Positions 58,309 through 64,000 of a stretch of 64,000 nucleotides of DNA are shown in pieces. Every line of letters begins with the position of its first letter. Position 1 is the stretch's first letter. The notes beneath the pieces are model-generated. The model worked only from the letters and a program-made list of their open reading frames with translations, was not told the origin of the DNA and made no database searches. Made by a program: the position numbers and the translations under genes. The stretch is from Candidatus Thorarchaeota archaeon. Its GTDB lineage: Archaea; Asgardarchaeota; Thorarchaeia; Thorarchaeales; Thorarchaeaceae. The DNA lies in contig DXJO01000020.1 in assembly GCA_019057475.1 (NCBI GenBank), forward strand, positions 113,412 through 177,411, written 5' to 3'.

Positions 58309-60456
58309 ATGATTAAGCAACAAAAAGCCCGGCGTCGTCCCCGGGAGCAAACGCAGTCTATGACTGAAGAGCAACATACAATGGATGACAAATTTAAATA
58401 TCCATCATCGGGAACGCCAAAAACGGGGCTAAGATATCTCACCGAGTCATTCACTCTCAATTCAGTAGAACGAATTGTGCAGAAACAAGGGAAAGGAAGA
58501 AAGCCTAAACCTATGTTTGGCACAGTTGATGGCATTCAGAAAGGAATTGAAAAGACCACAGGTCGAAAGGTCAAAGATGTTGATGTTCTTCTTCTTGGAG
58601 AGCGTTTCGCAGTCTATGTCAAACTCGTGAATATGGTCCTTGAGCGGGTCTATGTATCTGATGATAGAGCTGAATCAGTTGGCAGACAATTGTCCGAGCA
58701 TCGAGGAAAGGGATATAGCTTCCTGAAGAATTTGAAGTACCTCAGGTACAGGGACAATGAAGAGATTAAGACCATTTGCTTTGAGAGGATGTATCGAAAC
58801 GCCTTGGAACAGGCAGCAAGAATCATCCTGTCCGACTGGAAACGACGACAGCTAATGACTACTGCTCTGTCTGTTCTATATAGGGATGAAGAACTACTCC
58901 TGAAGCTTCTGAAGAACAAATACATCTCTTCTTTGCTGGTAAAAACAATCCGAAAGGAATGTGAAATAGTCAAGTCCAACGGGAAGAGTTACTACTATGT
59001 AGTTTCAGTCCTGAAGCAGCTTCGCCGCATATTGGATGAGAAGATACTCACAGAACGAGGAGAACCTCCTCGATTCAGGAAGAGTCAGCGAGTGCGAGTA
59101 AAGAAGTTTCTTGGAGAGGACTTAGACTCAATCATGGCTATAGTCCGGCCAACAGTGACTCAATGGTATAGAGATGGGTATCCTTTCTCTGTTCCAAAGA
59201 TGTTCTCGTTCTCAGAGGACTTTTCAGCTGGATCTGAGAGCAATATCGGACAGGGTTACTGGTATAGTGTTGACAGGAGTCCAGATCGCGAGAACGAGAT
59301 ACTGTTCTTTCTTAAGCTTCCTGAACCTCTTAATGGCGTGGAGCACAATGATTCTCCTTATCGCACAAAGACCTTGAGTTTTCGGTTCCTTGATTGGCTT
59401 CCTCGTGCGGCACAAAAGGATTCGAAGAAAGCTAACAGAGCCGAGAGAGATGGACATTACCAACGAGCAAAACAACTTCGATTTCGAGCTGCAAAGTTCA
59501 ATGACATGCATCAACAACTAATGAACACTATCGAATGCCAACACACCGCCTATCAACTCAAGCGACTCAAAGGTAGAAAGAACGTAGACACCGAGAAGAT
59601 CATACGACTGGAAGCCCGATTGACAGAATTGAATAGTTCCAGGAAATGCAAACCTCCACAGCTCGTGCTTCGCGAACACAAAGTCACCCTATATCTTCCG
59701 TTCCTACCACCTACTTACAAGGTAATAGAAACGACTCTTGGCAAGAAGAAGTATCATCGACGAGCAGGTGCTGATAGGGGTCTCCGTGTCCCCATTGCGG
59801 TATCTGTTCAGAAGGATGGCAGATACGTCGATAAACTCATTGAGATGAATGAGCTCCTGAAGAAGCGCATGCGGTTGCATGAGGACACAAAGTGGTTGCA
59901 GTCTGAGATAACAAGAACGCAGAACAATTGGGAAAGGAAGCATCCGGATTCATCCTATCCCTCTCACATCCTCAAGAAGCGACGACATCATGATGCGATA
60001 TGGGGAAGAATACGAAGGATTGATAGAGAGATTGCCCGTCAAGTCGCGTCAAGATTGGTCTGGTTCTGTGAGGAACATGAGGTCAAGACAATTGTCTTCG
60101 AGAATCTGAAGAACTATTCTGCTCCGTCTGGCTTCAAAAACCTCTCTTGGAATCTTACCGCTAACCTCTTTTCAAAAGTGTTTGAAACTGTTCGTTACAT
60201 GCGTCGGAGCATGGGTCATAATTATGGCGGTGTATGGACAGTCAGTCCTGCATGGACATCTCAGACCTGCCATCAGTGTGGTGAGATTGGTATCCGAGTT
60301 GCGAATGAAATCTCAACTTCCGAAATGAAAAGAGGTGAGTTCTTCTACTGCGTAGAGTGTAACGAGCATTTCCATGCTGATATCAATGCTTCACGAAACA
60401 TAATTCATGTTCAGCAAAAGAAAATGTCCAGTGCCGTTCCTGGACGGTCAGCTTGA
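58309..60456 (+). CDS. tnpB: Large TnpB/Cas12f-like RNA-guided RuvC nuclease
   Basis: RuvC-I GAD489RG, RuvC-II FE598NL, TSQTCHQCG...CVEC Zn finger, RuvC-III HAD691INASRNI; start may be 58360 or 58381. Confidence 0.88.
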   Translation: MIKQQKARRRPREQTQSMTEEQHTMDDKFKYPSSGTPKTGLRYLTESFTLNSVERIVQKQGKGRKPKPMFGTVDGIQKGIEKTTGRKVKDVDVLLLGERFAVYVKLVNMVLERVYVSDDRAESVGRQLSEHRGKGYSFLKNLKYLRYRDNEEIKTICFERMYRNALEQAARIILSDWKRRQLMTTALSVLYRDEELLLKLLKNKYISSLLVKTIRKECEIVKSNGKSYYYVVSVLKQLRRILDEKILTERGEPPRFRKSQRVRVKKFLGEDLDSIMAIVRPTVTQWYRDGYPFSVPKMFSFSEDFSAGSESNIGQGYWYSVDRSPDRENEILFFLKLPEPLNGVEHNDSPYRTKTLSFRFLDWLPRAAQKDSKKANRAERDGHYQRAKQLRFRAAKFNDMHQQLMNTIECQHTAYQLKRLKGRKNVDTEKIIRLEARLTELNSSRKCKPPQLVLREHKVTLYLPFLPPTYKVIETTLGKKKYHRRAGADRGLRVPIAVSVQKDGRYVDKLIEMNELLKKRMRLHEDTKWLQSEITRTQNNWERKHPDSSYPSHILKKRRHHDAIWGRIRRIDREIARQVASRLVWFCEEHEVKTIVFENLKNYSAPSGFKNLSWNLTANLFSKVFETVRYMRRSMGHNYGGVWTVSPAWTSQTCHQCGEIGIRVANEISTSEMKRGEFFYCVECNEHFHADINASRNIIHVQQKKMSSAVPGRSA

Positions 60457-60545
60457 CTTTCATGTCAAGATGTTCCATCTAACAATGATCGGTTAGTGGC
60501 TTAGCAGGATGGTTCGGTTCATTCAAAAGAATAAGGTGGCGGGCC
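60425..60545 (+). ncRNA. Putative omega-RNA-like scaffold and guide at tnpB 3' end
   Basis: Hairpins CCGT/ACGG, CTTGAC/GTCAAG, CCATC/GATGG enclosing CTAAC/GTTAG, ending GGTTCA-TTCA. Confidence 0.5.
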
Positions 60546-60613
60546 GGGCGGGATTCGAACCCGCGGCCAACAAGTTAAGAGCCTGTCGCTCTACCGGGCT
60601 GAGCCACCGGCCC
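60537..60613 (-). tRNA. tRNA-Lys(CTT), encoded CCA
   Basis: GGGCCGG/CCGGCCC acceptor; ACAGG-CTCTTAA-CTTGT; GTTCGAATC. Confidence 0.96.
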
Positions 60614-60837
60614 ATGATTTCGCATCTCTCCTGTTTTGGGTTATAGAGGTTTCGGAATGTTATGGGAATAGAAGGACCTATTTCTGAGAAGGCCTTTCGA
60701 AATATTTCAATCCACTCCTGACCCATAGAACCGATTTTTTGGATTCCTTGATTAAATCAGATATCCTATTTGGTTTTCAGAGTATTACACAGGAAACTTC
60801 TTCTTGCGGGTAGCTCTTATCTTTAGAGGTGATTAGG

Positions 60838-61539
60838 ATGCGTGGGGAATCCCATCTTCTTGTTTCAATACTCATCAGTCTCCCTACGAGCATGGTATTG
60901 TTCAATTTACTTCCTTCTGAGAATTTCAATGCTATTATCTATCTACTGGGGGGAGTTATGATAGGCAGTTTACTTCCTGATGTTGACGCTTCTGATGCTA
61001 AGGTCATGCATGGATACTGGAAACCTATAGGGCTGTTTGGAAAATACCTATTCTATAAGCCCATGACATGGGTTCTACGGAGCAGATCTGAATCATTTCA
61101 GGAACAACATCGTGGTTATCTACACTCGCTTATTGGATGTTTATTAGCAACTGTGTTCTTTGCAATTCCGATTGGGGTTATTTTTCTGGTTTCCATATTT
61201 CTCTGGACGGTTTCAATAGAGCTCGCATCCCTCATCTGGTATCTTTGGATTGGCCTACCGTTTGGTTTCTTGATGCATCTTTTTGAAGACAGTTTCACCA
61301 AGTCAGGGGTTCGCTGGTTCTTTCCAAGAGGCAAGGCATACTCCGGTCAAACAAGAACAGGAAAGAGAAGTGAGTACAACCTCACATCGGCATTCTTCAT
61401 CCTCTATGGTCTGATGACAATATTCGTGTGGATGCAACCCGCTAGTTACGAATTATTACTTGGGACTATCTTGGGGTCAATATTACTTCTAGGTGTTCTC
61501 TATGCTGTCAATCCGATAATAAGCAAGCTCAGTCAGTAG
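60838..61539 (+). CDS. YdjM-like membrane metal-dependent hydrolase
   Basis: SH, GSLLPDVD, HRGYLHS, HLFEDSFT.SGV. Confidence 0.85.
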   Translation: MRGESHLLVSILISLPTSMVLFNLLPSENFNAIIYLLGGVMIGSLLPDVDASDAKVMHGYWKPIGLFGKYLFYKPMTWVLRSRSESFQEQHRGYLHSLIGCLLATVFFAIPIGVIFLVSIFLWTVSIELASLIWYLWIGLPFGFLMHLFEDSFTKSGVRWFFPRGKAYSGQTRTGKRSEYNLTSAFFILYGLMTIFVWMQPASYELLLGTILGSILLLGVLYAVNPIISKLSQ

Positions 61540-61594
61540 AAAATCGAATTCTCAGGAAACAATCATTAGGTCAAACAAGAAATCGAATTCCTTC

Positions 61595-61900
61595 TTGCTA
61601 TGGTACCTCCTTCCTCTAGCTGGGATTCCAGCCCTAGCTCTTACCAAGCTCAAGTCCACACCGCGTTTTGGCCATACTTCAATAGCATGCCTATCCATCG
61701 GGCTTGTCATCATTGGTATGGTATCTCTAGCGGCTCTTGTTGTTGCTTACTCAAGTTGGCTTGTAATTGACACCAGTGGCGAGAACTACGCAACACCCTT
61801 CTCACTGCTCGGCCTAAGTTCTGGCATTCTTATCCTTTCAAGCACGATTGCATATGCTTTGACTCAAAACGATAAGGAAAGCCATCTTGTAGATGATTGA
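61595..61900 (+). CDS. Hypothetical membrane protein or fragment
   Basis: Three hydrophobic segments; TTG start without clear SD. Confidence 0.35.
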   Translation: MLWYLLPLAGIPALALTKLKSTPRFGHTSIACLSIGLVIIGMVSLAALVVAYSSWLVIDTSGENYATPFSLLGLSSGILILSSTIAYALTQNDKESHLVDD

Positions 61901-62055
61901 CTCGCATTTTCAAATTCCTCCCAGCCCACCATCCTCACTCTGCAAACAATCACTGAGCAAGGAAACCGATTGTCCTCGAGTAGACGTTATGGTTTCAACT
62001 TCCAGAACACATTTTACGAGCAACTGAAAATGTGTTTTGGCGGGTTCGACAAGGA

Positions 62056-63774
62056 ATGATACTACTAAACCCTAACAATCATACTCGCGAATATCCTGAT
62101 GAAGCATCAAGAGAAATCATGCTTAAGACAATCCAGTTCTTTGAGAACAAAGGAAAAGTCAAGCTCAAGAATGATGACCACGCATTAGTCTGGTATCAAG
62201 ATTTTCTTGATTATGTTAAGAAGGAGGAAATCTTCTACAAGCTACTTACGCCGCCAGAATACGGAGAGGAAGGTTGCCGTTGGGATACATGGCGAAACAT
62301 GGAGTTCAATGAGATTCTAGCCTTCTATGGACTGCATTACTGGTATACTTGGCAGGTGACAGCCCTTGGATTGGGGCCGATATGGATGAGCAAGAATGAG
62401 GGCGTGAAACAAAAGACAGCTCAACTGCTGAAAGATGGCGGAGTATTCGCTTTCGGATTGAGTGAGAAAGAACATGGTGCTGACATCTACTCATCTGAGA
62501 TGCTGCTCAAGGTGTTGGGCGATAACAAGTACGAGGCAAAGGGCAGCAAGTACTACATAGGGAATGGCAACATAGCTAGCTTGGTTTCCATCTTCGCCAA
62601 GACAGACAAACCTACGGATCCGGATGACAAGAAGTACGGAGACTACGTGTTTTTCGTTGCTGACTCGCAGCACGAGAAGTATGAATGTGTCAGGAACCTT
62701 GTTGCAGTTCAATCATACGTGGCAGAGTACAGGCTCAATGACTATCCAATAACCGATGCAGATATCCTATCCAAAGGGCGTGATGCCTGGGATTGCACGC
62801 TGAATACAGTCAATCTATGCAAGTATAATTTAGGTTGGGCGTCGATAGGGATCTGTACCCACGCATTGTATGAAGCCATCAATCACGCGGCTAACCGATA
62901 TCTGTATGGCCACTGGGTCACTGACTTTTCACATGTCCGTCATCTATTGGTTGATGCCTATTCGCGTCTTGTCGCGATGAAGCTGTTTGCCAAACGAGCT
63001 GGGGACTACATGCGAACAGCCACTCTTGAAGATCGTCGCTACATTCTCTATAACAGCATGGTGAAAATGAAAGTCACCAGTGAGGGAGAGAAAGTAATCG
63101 ACCATCTGTGGGACGTGATTGCAGCAAGAGGGTTTGAGGCTGAAACGTTCTTCTCCGCGGCAACTAGAGACATACGAGCGCTGCCCAAACTTGAGGGAAC
63201 AGTTCATGTCAACATGGCACAGATAATCAAGTTCATGCCAGCCTATTTCTTCATGAGTGATGAATGTTCTGAAATTCCGACGGTAGATGCTCCCAAGCAT
63301 GACGAGTTCATGTTCAATCAGGGCATAACAAAGGGGATGGGCCTGATACGGTTCCATGACTACCGTAAAACGTATGATACTGTCAGCTTGCCAAACGTAG
63401 ACGTTTTCAAGGAGCAGATCGACGCCTTCAACGAGTTCATGGCCGAGGCGACACCCGATGAAAAACAGGGAGAGGATCTCGACTTCATTCTCAATGCTGG
63501 AGAGCTATTCACGTTGGTGGTGTATGGACAGCTCATTATAGAGAACGCGGAGAAGCACGATATTGGCGATGCACTACTCGATCAGATATTCAACATCATT
63601 GTACGCGACTTCTCATTGTACGCCCTAAAGCTTCATTCCAAGCCGAGCAGTACTGAGAAACAGCAGGAAATACTTCTGAGATGCATTAGGAAACCAAATG
63701 TCGATGAAGATCGCTTTGGGGAAGTGTGGGAGGAAGTCCATTCGTTGAAGGATCTATATGAAATGAAGCAATAG
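62056..63774 (+). CDS. Acyl-CoA dehydrogenase family protein
   Basis: AFGLSEKEHGAD, KYYIGNG, PKLEGT. Confidence 0.9.
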   Translation: MILLNPNNHTREYPDEASREIMLKTIQFFENKGKVKLKNDDHALVWYQDFLDYVKKEEIFYKLLTPPEYGEEGCRWDTWRNMEFNEILAFYGLHYWYTWQVTALGLGPIWMSKNEGVKQKTAQLLKDGGVFAFGLSEKEHGADIYSSEMLLKVLGDNKYEAKGSKYYIGNGNIASLVSIFAKTDKPTDPDDKKYGDYVFFVADSQHEKYECVRNLVAVQSYVAEYRLNDYPITDADILSKGRDAWDCTLNTVNLCKYNLGWASIGICTHALYEAINHAANRYLYGHWVTDFSHVRHLLVDAYSRLVAMKLFAKRAGDYMRTATLEDRRYILYNSMVKMKVTSEGEKVIDHLWDVIAARGFEAETFFSAATRDIRALPKLEGTVHVNMAQIIKFMPAYFFMSDECSEIPTVDAPKHDEFMFNQGITKGMGLIRFHDYRKTYDTVSLPNVDVFKEQIDAFNEFMAEATPDEKQGEDLDFILNAGELFTLVVYGQLIIENAEKHDIGDALLDQIFNIIVRDFSLYALKLHSKPSSTEKQQEILLRCIRKPNVDEDRFGEVWEEVHSLKDLYEMKQ

Positions 63775-63895
63775 TACTCATGGGACTGGGGCTCCCTCAG
63801 TCTTCTTCTTGACTCCTCTGTTCGCGCATCTATGGTTCGTAGTAATGTCAAAGGTCATGCCTGAAGCATTCCCTCAATAGTTGATGGGAGGTTTC

Positions 63896-63998
63896 CCGTT
63901 GCCCGAAACTTGTACAATCATGGACATCAATGTCCTTGACTGATGTTCGGTTCCTGATTCATTGAGGTCTGCTCTGCAGATCCTACTGAATCTGCGAC
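63896..63998 (-). repeat. Dispersed structured non-coding element, copy C (cut by window end)
   Basis: 100/103 identity to 11661-11763 in reverse complement. Confidence 0.9.
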
Positions 63999-64000
63999 TA

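Larger units (their letters stand above)
52540..60525. mobile_element. Putative Cas1-like/TnpB element adjacent to tRNA-Lys 3' end (boundaries approximate)
   Basis: Divergent gene pair, AT-richer than core, ends about 12 nt from tRNA CCA; no TIR or TSD found by eye. Confidence 0.5.

Noticed and set aside
61538-61592. Short direct repeat AGAAA(A)TCGAATTC upstream of the 101-aa ORF
   Set aside because: Only two ~13-bp copies; may mark a small rearrangement but supports no specific call
63896-63998. Hammerhead or HDV ribozyme reading of the repeat (GAAAC, CTGATG, GGGCAAC words)
   Set aside because: No CUGAnGA core with proper stems and no HDV nested pseudoknot; G-U pairs favour the strand opposite to the hammerhead-like words
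1-64000. Many antisense or alternate-frame ORFs in the track, and selenoprotein/SECIS signals
   Set aside because: Shadow ORFs of well-supported genes; no in-frame TGA read-through candidate or SECIS core was recognised

Overview
Archaeal chromosomal segment, most likely from an Asgard archaeon (Thorarchaeia-like; inferred from an OSTC/DC2-like subunit, a eukaryote-type STT3, an Arf-like GTPase, Elf1 and PolD). About 1-51.5 kb is core genome. It holds RNA polymerase and ribosomal protein operons, translation factors (EF-1alpha, aIF5B, aIF2alpha), SRP RNA, two intron-containing tRNAs, an archaeal mevalonate operon, lipid enzymes (EgsA, CarS), replication/repair genes (RPA, DP2, RadB, XPD, topo IA), folate/glycine-cleavage genes and translocon/OST genes. 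About 51.5-62 kb is a more AT-rich accessory region around tRNA-Lys(CTT). Its centre is a divergent gene pair. One gene encodes a 1799-aa protein with a Cas1-like N-terminus, a Cas4/RecB-type nuclease and a degenerate P-loop domain. The other encodes a 715-aa intact TnpB/Cas12f-like RuvC nuclease followed by an omega-RNA-like structured tail. No CRISPR array or tnpA is present, so this is a candidate Cas1-mobilised, RNA-guided element. Separately, an unannotated structured non-coding element of at least 150 nt occurs three times (11.6, 49.8 and 63.9 kb) with compensatory base changes. All assignments come from motifs read by eye; no database searches were run.
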